In this document: piece by piece, positions 1-12,689 of the stretch | Layout: every line of letters begins with the position of its first letter | Position numbering within the stretch: the stretch's first letter is position 1 | Assembly: GCF_001194135.2 (NCBI RefSeq) | Contig: NC_068994.1 | Span: 9,707,353 to 9,765,048 of the forward strand | Reading direction: 5' to 3' | DNA length: 57,696 nt | From: Octopus bimaculoides | Taxonomy: Eukaryota | The notes under the pieces: model-generated | What the model saw: only the letters and a program-made list of their open reading frames with translations | Databases searched by the model: none | What the model was told of the DNA's origin: nothing | Made by a program: the position numbers and the translations under genes

Positions 1-45
<45 letters not shown>

Positions 46-85
46 GTGTGAGTGTGTGCTTGTGTGTATGCGTGTGTGTGTGTAC
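1..85. repeat. (TA)n/(TG)n compound microsatellite
   Basis: Read directly from the sequence. Confidence 0.95.
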
Positions 86-764
86 TAGAGCATTATGAAT
101 GTCACTTTTAGTTTTGTTGCTCGCACACGCTTTAACATTTAAGCGTATTGACATCTAAGTTGACGGAGAGAGTGATTTAAACCGACAGACAGAGAAGCAG
201 ACCGAAAGAAGATGGACAGACAGACAGTCATGCAGACAAAAAGAAAGGAAGAAAGAAAGAAAGAAAGAAACAGATAGATGGATAAATAAACATATAGATA
301 GAATCATCGATATGTTAACAAACTTATAGATGCATACGGAGGTTAACAGAATATTTAATTGCTAAGTATTTAGATAAATTGAAGTTAAAGAAACTTAACT
401 AACAAATAATTATAGACTCATCTGCTAGTTTTGTTATTATTGATAAATTCTCTTCTGATTTGTTTCGAATTTCAAAAAAGTATCAGTTCTGTTATGTGTG
501 TGTTTGGTTTCAAATCGATCACGATATAGGTAGACCTTTGCCGTTCAAAGAATCAGCATATATTTCTCTTTGCGTCAATGCGTCAATCACTCTCGGGCTG
601 TCCAGAATGATTTTTACTTTTAATTTTTTTTTATTTCTAGTTATTATTTTCTTTTTACTTTGTTATTTGCTTTTGTTTTTCAATATAATCTTAGAGATAT
701 TTAGATGGACAGACACAGAAACAAATCGAAATAAAGACAGACAAACAGACGGAAAGAAAGAAGA

Positions 765-860
765 ATAGATAGATAGATAAATAGGTGGGTAGAAAATGGA
801 TAGATAGATAAATAGATAGATAAGTAGATAGATAGATAGAGATAGATAGATAGATAGATC
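765..860. repeat. (GATA)n microsatellite
   Basis: Degenerate tagatagata array; explains ORF 691..873. Confidence 0.9.
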
Positions 861-1189
861 TGCAATGCTTCATTTAATGTCGTGTAGTGTATACTAATGC
901 CCTTTGAGTTCTAGACGTTACGAGTGAGCCTTGTACTTTTGAATTCGTTGGGGAGCACTAAAGAAGTTTCGTGTGTGGCGTATCTCCTTTTAAATCAACT
1001 TTTTCACAACCCAATGTTTTTTCTGATTCTCTTATTTGTCAGAACGGAGCAGACATCCGTTTCAAACATGACTACGCTAACCATCATTTCTGGTCTAGTG
1101 GTTATGTAGTTTGCGTTCTTGTTATTGCAGTCTGCAAGTTCCACTTTGGATGGTGTACGAGAAATGATCTCCTTTTATATTAGCGATGC

Positions 1190-1400
1190 AGCTGTAGGAA
1201 ACGTTCACAAAACATCCTTTGAATAGTTTCTTATCCTTGCAGCTAAGAGGAAAATGTTAATCGATCAGCAGTACCGAGAATTCGACATCTTTAATCCAAA
1301 CATTCAAGGCGGAATGGGCTGTAAACCATATAACCTTCCTAGATCTAATTTGTAGGCTTGTTTCTTGTTTAAGCCAGGGTGTATGATGTTTTATCTATAA
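1190..1400 (+). mobile_element. Probable decayed Penelope-like reverse transcriptase fragment
   Basis: Two frames joined by a frameshift read FLILAAKRKMLID...FDIFNPNI and FKAEWAVNHITFLDL. This resembles the Penelope RT motif F.IW...L..F...N.F.P.IKFT.E.....I.FLD as I recall it. Stops present. Confidence 0.4.
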
Positions 1401-3684
1401 TATAAGAAGATTTATGAACCGGGTGATTTAAAGAGAGGGAACAAAGTTTGCAAGTTGATTTTAGATTTTCAAAAAACATATTACAGTACACAAAGATCAT
1501 ATTCTAAAAATTGACGCAATAAATTATATTTTTCCTTCATCTAAAGCTTCAAAGGATGTAGATTTGCCGCGAGACAGAAACGTTATATGAGGGCTTATGT
1601 TTGAAACGGCGGAAATGTCATTGAAAATGAAAATCTCACGGCGACGTCAATTATTTGTGAACATTCAGCACTCACTTTATATATATGACAGGTGAACCTA
1701 CTCGCTATAACACCAGAAACAATATAGGAAGGAAACCTAATCACAAAGAAAGATGGTGCCATGTCTTGGCCTCAGCTTCTGGCTGTAGTAATAAGAAAAA
1801 GGAAACGATATATGTATTTGTATGTGTGTCTATGTTTTTACATGTACATATGTATGTGCCTATTTATATGCATATAACGTATATATATATAAATTGTATA
1901 CTCGCACATGCATACAGTCTAAGCATATATACATAGACGTAGACTGTTTTATGTATATCTATGTACTCATACATGGAGTGAGGCCGTAGATATATCTACA
2001 CGTAAACAGAAACAAAGAAACACAGTTAAGTGGAAATAGGTGTATATTCCATACTATGAAATATAGAATTTAAAGACAATTAACTCCCAATTTCTACCAA
2101 GACTCAATATTACATTAGCCCTGTTATTAAATTTCATTCTTGATGTTTTAATACTTTTTAGAAATTTCATTGCTTATAGCTTCCTATTACGCATGACCAA
2201 GCAGAAAAATAGCTATGCAATTATGTATTTTCTTTCTTCTCAATAAATAACCTTGCTTCAGAATTTTATATAGTTCGGTCTGCAATTTTTAGATTAAAAA
2301 TCTGAAATATGTTAATGTCAATAGCAAGCGTGAATGTTATAAAATTTGGTAGTTGAACTATTATATTAGCTATAAAATATGGGCGATATTTACAATGCAC
2401 TTACACGATTTAGCAACTACAATACATTATAGAATACGGAAACACAATAAAACTCGACAAGGAAACATTCATGATCAACATACACACATTCTACAGAAAA
2501 TTATACGATTAAAAACGGAAGTAATAAAATACAATCTTGATGTTAAGCTAAACTTTTGACTTTCGGTCAAAATTCAGAATTCCGGCTGTAAATCGAATCT
2601 CAGGCGCATTGCTTATTATAAAGAGGGAGAAATATACGGCAACATGACTTCATGATGAAAGCGTGACTAGTTGGTTTATAAATATTTATGTGACTTTATG
2701 AATTTTATTGCTAAAGAATTGCGAAATTCGTACGAATATTGTTTAAATAAATCTTATGAAAATTACAAAACCTCGAAAATGAATATGTATGGAATAAAAC
2801 AGACATTCACACATGTACAAATATATATATANNNNNNNNNNNNNNNNNNNNNNNNNNNNNNNNNNNNNNNNNNNNNNNNNNNNNNATTCTTATGCATATA
2901 TATGTATGCATAGGTATGTACATATATATGTGTGATAGCGGAGGTTTATGCGAGTGCGTGTGTTTGTGTGACCTTTTATTCGTTTATTCATTTTTTAAAG
3001 TCCAGCACACGCACAGCGGTAATGTTGGTAAACTGATTAAAAGGTTGTAGTTGATTATAACTATTCCAGTGCTCATTTTAATTTGCTATATATTTTCAAT
3101 TCAGTTATTTTCCGAACAATTGAATGTTGGGTCGTAAATGGAAATGATGTAACAAAAACAACGACACTGAATATTTTCACTGGTGTAAACAGAATCACAG
3201 ACATGATGGGTGCAGATGTAGAATTATATACGCTCACAGGCAGACACGTACAGACACAAAAAAACATACGCACCCCCACACACTAACGCATGTAAATAAA
3301 CAGATATATGTGCATGTATTTATAGAAAGGCGTTTCTCAATCCAATATTTACTTGCCACAATTCAGTTTTATGTACTTCGATATACAATTTTTCAAACAA
3401 AACAGACGTTTTTTTCAAGTTTCTCGAATATGTATAAACTTCTCAAGACCTCAACAACATATTTGTGTTTGTGTACGTATGTACATACACATGTGTGTTC
3501 GTCTGTGTGTATAGATACGTATGCCTGTGTTTGCGCATACAGCAGCAAGTTTCTATTAACTTTTCTGGTAGAGTGCAAGTCATATTAATAACAAACTGGA
3601 AATGCCTAGGCGTGTGTCTCAGCTTGTGTCTGTGAGTGTATATGTGAGTTAATTTGTTTTCTCCGGATCTATGTGCAAGTGTAA

Positions 3685-3897
3685 GATGGGGTGCGTGAAA
3701 GTTTATGGCAATAAGGGTGTCGTGAAAGGCCTGGTTGGAGGCCTTAATTTTCGAGTTCTTTTCAAGGTTAAAAACACATGAAGGACTGCTCCACTGTGTA
3801 AATGTGAAAGGGGAATATGTTCAATAAAATCACAATTCACTGGTCGTCCTGCATCTTGATTTTTTACCGAAAGCCAAGAATTTCTCAACACACTGTA
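3685..3897 (-). mobile_element. Non-autonomous mariner-type MITE (~210 bp), copy 1
   Basis: The reverse complement aligns along its length with 56516-56725 (shared aacatattccc, gcag-gtccttca, aaaagaactcg, cctccaaccaggcctttcacga). Degenerate terminal inverted repeats: ggggtgcgtgaaagtttatggc and gccaagaatttctcaacacac. Confidence 0.7.
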
Positions 3898-5469
3898 TAT
3901 CTCTGTATATGCTTGGGTATATATCTATGCTTGTTTCTGTGCGAATTTTGTGTACCTCCAGGTGTGTTTCATATATACGTATATTTTCATTTGAATTGAA
4001 ACCGTAAATGTAAACATGGTTACAAAGAGACCGAGAACGAGAGAGAAATATACAGAGAAAGAGAGAGAGAAATAGAGAGAAACAAAGAGAGAAATATAGA
4101 GGAAATGGGAAAGAGAGAGAGAAATAGAGAGAAAGAAAGAAAGAAAGAGAGGTAAAGAGAGAAAGGAAGAGAGAGAAATACGGAGAAAAAAGACTGAGAA
4201 GTAAAGTTATGGCAGAAACTGTTATATTAACATTTCATAGGCGAGAGAGGGGCGCATATATTTGTTATTAATTTTCATTCCTTGATGTTTTAATTTCTTT
4301 AATTTAAATTTTGCTTTATATATGACTGTTTCGCGTGATCAAGTAGATCAATAAAATAATTACGCTTATATGCCATTCTATCTACTGAATAAGCAAATAA
4401 CATGGTTTCTGCATTTATCTGTTGAGAATATTATACGTATGGAAATAGGAAACTACTCCTGTTTAGATTAATAGGAAATTATTTCGTGTTATCTACTCGC
4501 ATCATTGCAATGCGTATGTATATATGTATGTAGTATGTTTATGTATGTATATTTATGTGTGTGAGTGTGTGTGCACATCACATTTCTGTGTGCATGTGTA
4601 CTACATATGTATATATATNNNNNNNNNNNNNNNNNNNNNNNNNNNNNNNNNNNNNNNNNNNNNNNNNNNGTCCCCAAACATAATGGACGTTGTCGCCAAC
4701 AGCAGAATGATTCTTTGTTATTACCGTCATCATCATCACCATTATCGTTTATGTTAATGTCTTTTTTCTTTGAACTGACGTGTCAGACACAGCTTCGAGG
4801 AAGATTTAGATTTACCACATACTTAATGAAAAAAGTGTTTGATTGTCTCTTCGTAGGTTTTTTTTTTCTTTTTTTGTAATTTGTAATTTATCAATAGGTT
4901 TTGGCACAGTTGAGTGTCAAGTTCGTATAGCCTGAAGTCCAAAAATATTGTTTGTTCTGGGAAGTTTTTTTTTTTTTTGTATTCTACATTTAGTAAACAT
5001 TCGTTTCAAAATGTCTTTTTCTTCTTGTGTCGCGATGAGAGGTGCAAGCCACCAGCGATGTGGCATCAATCAAAATTTCAAAGACATAGCTTTTATAAAT
5101 CATAACACCCACTTTACAAATAACAGTTATACAAAATAATCGCATTAAAAACAATACAGGTATTTGTACTTTAAAAATATACATGGAAAAATATAGAACA
5201 ATTTCAAAAACCAAACCTATAAGTACACACAGGTTCTCGCATTGTAAGACAGCAAAGGCAATAACAACATTTTTAATATAGGAGGCAGACAGAATTTGCT
5301 ATGCATGTATGAGTTTCAAAAACCTAAGGTGAAAAATATACTGATTTAAAAACTAATTTTAAATTATTCGTTGTTAACTAGATGCTTCTGCATTAAGTGC
5401 TGTCTCAGTGTTTGTGTGATTTCCATTCTCCGTTATGCCAATTTGCAAGACTTTATCAAAATAAACATC

Positions 5470-5580
5470 AGATCAACACTAGGGTCATTGTAATCGACGT
5501 AACCCCTCCCTAGCTTTGTGCCGAAATTTGCATTTCCATTATTACTACTACTACTATGGCTACTACTACTATTATGATTG
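5470..5580 (+). mobile_element. SINE 3' fragment with (ATT/ACT)n tail
   Basis: cactagggtcattgtaatcgacgtaacccctccc...ttgtgccgaaattt matches the 3' part of the other SINE copies in the window. Confidence 0.6.
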
Positions 5581-6137
5581 ATCATATGCTTCCTGTTGTT
5601 TTTGTTATAGTTATCTTCATTACAATTTAATCAGAGAGGCTGGCGGTTTAAATATTAAATTTAAGGATTCAATTCATCGCTTTATTTATTTAGATTCTAA
5701 CTTGCATTCCTAATTAATAAAATAAATACCAGTCATGCATTCAGGTCGTAAAATCGAAAAGACAAAGACAAAACAAAAAAATTCCTCTTTTAGGACTTTG
5801 AATGTAATAAATCATTTTATTGATTGTTAACTTGACATACGTCAATTTACGTGAGAGATCAATGAGCTTGTTTGGCATTTACGATTTTGACAAGAGTATT
5901 GACAACGTTACGAAAATCAATGTCGAAACAAACGTTGGATTTTCTGTAAATATTCTTTGTATAATACTTTCCCAACTAAACATGTCTTTGTGAGAAAGAT
6001 CTAAAATCAATTACTTTCCTGAAATATTCAATCAGAGCTACCGTTAAAAACATGATTTAACATTGCTTGTACTTTATTGATTATTCCCGTTCCACAGTGA
6101 CGACTTCTACAGAAGAAAATATAGAAGCGCACTTCTG

Positions 6138-6190
<53 letters not shown>

Positions 6191-6721
6191 NNNNNNNNNN
6201 NNNNNNNNNNNNNNNNNNNNNNNNNNNNNNNNNNNNNNNNNNNNNNNNNNNNNNNNNNNNNNNNNNNNNNNNNNNNNNNNNNNNNNNNNNNNNNNNNNNN
6301 NNNNNNNNNNNNNNNNNNNNNNNNNNNNNNNNNNNNNNNNNNNNNNNNNNNNNNNNNNNNNNNNNNNNNNNNNNNNNNNNNNNNNNNNNNNNNNNNNNNN
6401 NNNNNNNNNNNNNNNNNNNNNNNNNNNNNNNNNNNNNNNNNNNNNNNNNNNNNNNNNNNNNNNNNNNNNNNNNNNNNNNNNNNNNNNNNNNNNNNNNNNN
6501 NNNNNNNNNNNNNNNNNNNNNNNNNNNNNNNNNNNNNNNNNNNNNNNNNNNNNNNNNNNNNNNNNNNNNNNNNNNNNNNNNNNNNNNNNNNNNNNNNNNN
6601 NNNNNNNNNNNNNNNNNNNNNNNNNNNNNNNNNNNNNNNNNNNNNNNNNNNNNNNNNNNNNNNNNNNNNNNNNNNNNNNNNNNNNNNNNNNNNNNNNNNN
6701 NNNNNNNNNNNNNNNNNNNNN

Positions 6722-6782
<61 letters not shown>

Positions 6783-8944
6783 AATAAAGGGAAAACTGCT
6801 GTATGTGAAGCTTAAGTTTTCACTAACCTCTGTTGACTCCTTTTGGTAGGAGTCCGTCCTAACCACTAGTACTTTTTTATATTTTTCGAACAAACACTTT
6901 CCAACAAACACTGCCAGCGTAAGTAGTTCGTAGCTTACCCTATTTCGTGCTACTTTTACTCCTTGCACATTAATGAAAACAGAAGCCATTAATGATGATA
7001 TTGAATTGTAAATTCGCTTATAGTTGCTAGTATTTTGTAGTTGCTATTGTTTGAAGTTGCCTATGTTGAGAGACAGGCACTCTCGTACCAAAACACAAGT
7101 TCAAATTTTTTCCATACATTTATTACTTGATGTGTTGTTTCTATTTTAAGGTGCAGTAGATATAGACGTGGCTGCTATTTCTAGCGTGTTGATTNNNNNN
7201 NNNNTATATATATATATATATATATATGCTTATATGCATGTACATTTGTATATATATTCATTTATATATATTTATATACATATATTCATATATATGTATA
7301 TATACATGTGTGTGTATATATCTATATATACGTGTGTGTATATACATATATAAGTATAAAAAATTATGGATTCGTGTATATTTATGTATTTCTATATATA
7401 TGTATCTGTGTATACATGTATACGTATGTATATAAATATATATGTATATATTTATATACATACGTACACATATATATTTATATATATATATATCATATAC
7501 ATATGCATATACTTATGTATATTTATATACATACATATACATATATATATATATGTATTTACATGCGTACATGTACATATATATATATATATATATATAT
7601 ANNNNNNNNNNNNNNNNNNNNNNNNNNNNNNNNNNNNNNNNNNNNNNNNNNNNNNNNNNNNNNNNNNNNNNNNNNNNNNNNNNNNNNNNNNNNNNNNNNN
7701 NNNNNNNNNNNNNNNNNNNNNNNNNNNNNNNNNNNNNNNNNNNNNNNNNNNNNNNNNNNNNNNNNNNNNNNNNNNNNNNNNNNNNNNNNNNNNNNNNNNN
7801 NNNNNNNNNNNNNNNNNNNNNNNNNNNNNNNNNNNNNNNNNNNNNNNNNNNNNNNNNNNNNNNNNNNNNNNNNNNNNNNNNNNNNNNNNNNNNNNNNNNN
7901 NNNNNNNNNNNNNNNNNNNNNNNNNNNNNNNNNNNNNNNNNNNNNNNNNNNNNNNNNNNNNNNNNNNNNNNNNNNNNNNNNNNNNNNNNNNNNNNNNNNN
8001 NNNNNNNNNNNNNNNNNNNNNNNNNNNNNNNNNNNNNNNNNNNNNNNNNNNNNNNNNNNNNNNNNNNNNNNNNNNNNNNNNNNNNNNNNNNNNNNGCCTA
8101 TGTTGAGAGACAGGCACTCTCGTACCAAAACACAAGTTCAAATTTTTTCCATACATTTATTACTTGATGTGTTGTTTCTATTTTAAGGTGCAGTAGATAT
8201 AGACGTGGCTGCTATTTCTAGCGTGTTGATTAACTGTATAGAGGCGTCAATGTTTATTATTCGGCAGTTTTAATGACATTTATTACTGCTTAGAACATTA
8301 TCGTTCCGAAGATGTTGCTTCAGCTCATCGAATCCATAGTTAGGTGCGAGATTCTGGGCCGTTATGTTTCATCCTAGATTTACCACAACCTCTCACACTT
8401 CGTACGCAACCCCTAGAATTCCTGCAGCATATGGAAATATTAGTCATACCTACGGAGTTCAGGATATTCCTAAAGGGTTATATTGTCCTATTGGTCTCGG
8501 CCGCGTTTCTGAAGTCTTCCAGAGACCCACAGCTACAATTACACAGGCTACTCGTTTACTATTTACTTCTGCATTCCTTGAGGACTCAGTTATATTTGGT
8601 ATACGAAATATATTTCATCCTTGTAATATAACGTGTTTTTGATATGGTCATTATAACATCTTGCATTATTATCAGCAGAAAATGTTACAGAACTAATTAA
8701 ACTACTTTAAACTACGCCTTTAATAATATATAAATAACGTTCCGCAATTTGTAGACAAAGTGAAGGCCTGTATGAGAAGGGTAATCGGATTTGGATTATA
8801 GGTCTAACATTACAAAATAAAGAAAACAGCAATTAAGTCAAGCAGTTTACGTAAGAGCCACGATCGACTTCTCGAAACACCTGTATGTGATATGCAGTTT
8901 AAAATGCCAATTACGTTTCCTAATTTTTTACAGACGCATGCCTT

Positions 8945-9232
<288 letters not shown>

Positions 9233-9691
9233 TTCTAATTTTCAATAACTGATGAATAATTACAAGAACAATATTAGAAACAAGAAAATTCGTTTCTTTA
9301 TTCTTCTTTCTAAATCAAAACAAAGACGTTGGTAATTTCATAGAGAATAATACGATCGTGGTTTTACTTACTGAAAGAGTTAAACAGATTAGCTCGCATT
9401 TATTAACGTAAAGCGATATTTAGCAGCTACTTTGGTTGTTCAGTCAATTCTTTAAATGGTTAGAAAAGATATCAAGCTTCTATGCAAAGAAATCTGTTGT
9501 AACTCTTTCAATATATAAGAGCCAACACCATTGTCTTTCATTTTAATGCCAACATTAACGTTATAATTTATAAATTTCAATATGGCTCCAGAACAAATTC
9601 CGGGAAGATGTTGCTTCATGAAGTAGTTGTATGCTGTCAACTTAATGTGACAGTCCCCTGAAGGGAATAATACTATTATTGGTTAGACCTA

Positions 9692-9795
9692 GGAAGGTGC
9701 ACCACTTCCTGTCGGCCTTGACACATTTCCTGTGTCCTTGAAAATATAAGGACACAGGAAATGTGTCAAGGCCGACAGGAAGTGGTGCAGCTTCC
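9692..9795. repeat. Near-perfect 48-bp inverted repeat with 8-nt loop, ending at a gap
   Basis: Arms 9692-9739 and 9748-9795 with one G:G mismatch; loop gaaaatat. Confidence 0.9.
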
Positions 9796-9805
9796 NNNNN
9801 NNNNN

Positions 9806-9856
9806 AAAACTAATCGCCTTCCTTGAAGAAAATGACTTGCTGCCTGACACCCAACC
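9806..9856 (+). mobile_element. Tiny LINE RT fragment (CR1/L2-like region)
   Basis: Reads KLIAFLEENDLLPDTQ, resembling the L..FLE.N.LL...QHGFR motif just upstream of RT domain 2 in non-LTR elements. Very short. Confidence 0.4.
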
Positions 9857-10380
9857 TTAGTTAATGGTAAAACAAGGTACAGGATATTTATTGGAGAAAT
9901 AATGATGATAATAATGTGCACGCTTACAAGGAGAAGATTGGAAATACTTAGTTGAAGTTACCGAAGGTACGAACAACAACCTGTGTGACATTACTAAGAA
10001 GAATTTACTTAGCTAACTGTAGAAGGGGACAATAAAGAACTAGTGGTGATTGAGGCAGAAATATATATATGTATATATAATTTTTCATAGAAAACCATGT
10101 AATCGTTACCAATATAGCAAGAGATTTCACTGCAAAAAAGTCTAAATTAGACTCCTTAGGGATCGTTCTTCTTGTTTATATATCCAAAGTTTTAAATTTA
10201 AATTTAAGAGAGAGATTTGACGCTAATATCCATTATTATTGTAATATATATATATATGTATACATATACATATTAGTAGTAATGGTAAAACAACAAAAGA
10301 ATGAATGGGACCTCGATATTGTGGAAATAGAGGAATTTATCCGTAATATAATATGTGACAATTATTCGCGGGCCATATTA

Positions 10381-10479
10381 AGACTCCGAGTTTCGGATGT
10401 CGAAGCATTTTTTGATTGCCTCAATAACTGACGAGATGCTGGAGCAATTTTCTGCCCGGACATTTGAAACTCGGAGTCT
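10381..10479. repeat. 99-bp element with 21-bp terminal inverted repeats (MITE-like hairpin)
   Basis: agactccgagtttcggatgtc (10381-10401) pairs with gacatttgaaactcggagtct (10459-10479): 19 Watson-Crick and 2 G:T pairs. Confidence 0.75.
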
Positions 10480-10527
10480 CATTATGTGTATTGGGATTAT
10501 GATTGTATTCAAAACTAACTAATATAT

Positions 10528-10706
10528 AAGGCAGCGAGCCGGAGAGTTGGCTAGCACACTTTTTCCGACTTTACCTTCTGAATTTTTACATTTCATCGGT
10601 TGGGAATCGATAAAATAAGTACCAGCTGAACCCTGGGATAGAAGTAATCGATGTATCCATTCCCGCAGAATTACCGATCTTGAACCAAAGTTTAAAATCA
10701 ATATTA
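10528..10706 (+). mobile_element. SINE, internally deleted copy
   Basis: Head gcagcgagccggagagttggctagcac, core atcgataaaataagtaccagctgaaccctggg, tail ccaaagtttaaaatcaatatt. The core recurs at 12.67, 15.42, 15.64, 40.74 and 56.37 kb. Confidence 0.75.
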
Positions 10707-11163
10707 TCATATATAAATGTTGGCTGGAAACTTGATTTCTTCAACCACAACTTACATGAAGGGAAAAGAGTAAAGCAGAGCAAAAGCTCATACAAGCGGT
10801 GTAGCATGAGCTTCTTAAAACTTTCTGAAATGTATACATTTCTTATTACGAAATTTTGCAGAGGTAAGTTTTTCATAAAGATGTTAGAAAAAAATTAAAA
10901 ACCAATTTAGTATTTGTTGCAAATAGAGAAATGCGAAATTTATTTCATTTAGTTTTAAGTTGATAAGTACTTATCTCTGAAAATTAATATTGTGTAAGCA
11001 CCAAGGAATTTGATAAAACTTTAATTATAATTATTCTATTCATGGAATATTTCCTGATATTACATATATTGACAAAAAGTATAGTTTCATAATTATACGT
11101 CATAATATGCGTAAAACGCATGCGCATGTGCATATGCTTGAGAGTGCATATACATACATGCAT

Positions 11164-11209
<46 letters not shown>

Positions 11210-11331
11210 GTATGTATATACTATTATTGTTTCGAGAAACTGATGATATGTCTAGTTCACGCTAGATATGAACCCAATATGGTATTTCTCTAAATTTGTT
11301 ACTTTAGACATACAAATATATACATATGAAG

Positions 11332-11444
11332 ACTAGCTGTTGAACCCGACGTTGCTCGTGTTTTCTGTGTTAAAGTTAAACGCACCTCTGACCTTGTATT
11401 GAAATCTACGGTGCGGGAGGAGATAGAGTCACCCCAGACACATG

Positions 11445-11476
<32 letters not shown>

Positions 11477-11560
11477 TGCACACAGGCAGACGGACGGACG
11501 GACGGATGGATGGATGGTTATTTATCTACACACACACACACATATATATATATGTATGTA
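11332..11560 (+). mobile_element. Probable non-autonomous Helentron/DINE-1-like (HINE) element
   Basis: Starts actagctgttgaacccgacgttgctcg, then gcgggaggagatagagtcaccccagaca, a (GACA)n/(GACG)n microsatellite and a TA-rich end. This layout matches Helentron-associated interspersed elements as I recall them; not database-verified. Confidence 0.4.
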
Positions 11561-11568
11561 TATAGACG

Positions 11569-11569
<1 letters not shown>

Positions 11570-11625
<56 letters not shown>

Positions 11626-11632
11626 ATAGATA
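11570..11632. repeat. (GATA)n microsatellite
   Basis: Read directly from the sequence. Confidence 0.95.
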
Positions 11633-12411
11633 GACGGATGGATGGATGGCTGGATCCGTAGATAGGTATAATCTATAAATTATATAACCTGCGAAGCATA
11701 ATATGCCTGTGACTACGATCGAATTACTGAGGGAATTTGGAATATGTTCCTTTCTCATACGATATACGTATGAGTTCCTGCCTCGCACGATATTATGACT
11801 ACATTATAATTACTTTTGCAAGTAATGTACCCTCTTAAAAGGTCACTGTCATCCAGTATTCCTGTCTCTCTCACACACTTCCTCTCTCTCTCATCTCACT
11901 CTCACTCCGTTTGTGCGAGTGTGTCTTCTCCCACCTCCATCACTCTCTCTATCTCTCACTATCTCTCGCTGTCTCTTCTCCTACCTCTCTCTTTCTTTCT
12001 CTCTCTCGCAGATATTGAAAATGACAGCGGTGTTGGTGATGTCGCTTATCACTAAGAGAGCTAACCATTACGTCGTATTTCATGTCTTTCTTATTCCGGT
12101 ATTTTTCCTGTCCTTTCTGAAGTCTAGACGCATTACAATGCAGCCACATTAATTAAATATAGTTTCGAGTGATGAAAAGAAACGCTAGAAATTTGGTAGA
12201 TTGGAGAATCGACATCAAGGAATCTCTCGTAAAAAGACTCTAATTGAAACCTGGTCATCTCTTAGAAATATTGTATTTCAAGTAGCCCATTGGAATACAT
12301 CAAATATAATATCGCAACGAAAGCCAAATAGAGTTATATCACATGTGAATGGCTTCACCTGCTTTGACATTGGTGTATTATTGTTTAGAAAGTGGTTACG
12401 GAAGAAGGAAC

Positions 12412-12457
12412 AGCAACAACAATAATAAAGATAATGATGACGATGATAACGACAACA

Positions 12458-12537
<80 letters not shown>

Positions 12538-12580
12538 TATATACTACTACTAATAATAATAATAATGATAATAATAACGT
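12412..12580. repeat. (AAT)n microsatellite forming the expanded tail of the adjacent minus-strand SINE
   Basis: Long pure aat run abutting the SINE 3' end at ~12585. Confidence 0.9.
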
Positions 12581-12584
12581 TGAT

Positions 12585-12687
12585 GATCCTTTGTACTATA
12601 GGCTCAACGGGCCTGAAATTTTGGGGGTTATGGGCCAGTCGATTAGATCGACTCCAGTACGAAAGTGGTACTTAATTTATCGACCCC
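12585..12687 (-). mobile_element. SINE 3' half
   Basis: Reverse complement: ggggtcgataaattaagtacca...gtactggagtcgatctaatcgactggccc...ccccaaaatttcaggccc...gcctatagtacaaaggat. Confidence 0.8.
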
Positions 12688-12689
12688 AC

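Noticed and set aside
1043-1100. Ankyrin-like NGADI peptide after the acceptor at 1042
   Set aside because: Only five residues resemble ankyrin, there is no TPLH-type motif, and the neighbourhood looks like a retroelement relic.
3703-3891. ORF MLRNSWLSVKNQDAG... as a terminal exon
   Set aside because: It lies wholly within a MITE that has a second copy at 56516-56725.
7059-8231. Identical 136-bp direct repeat (7059-7194 and 8096-8231)
   Set aside because: Both copies abut gaps and are 100% identical; most likely a scaffolding overlap artefact rather than an LTR or target duplication.
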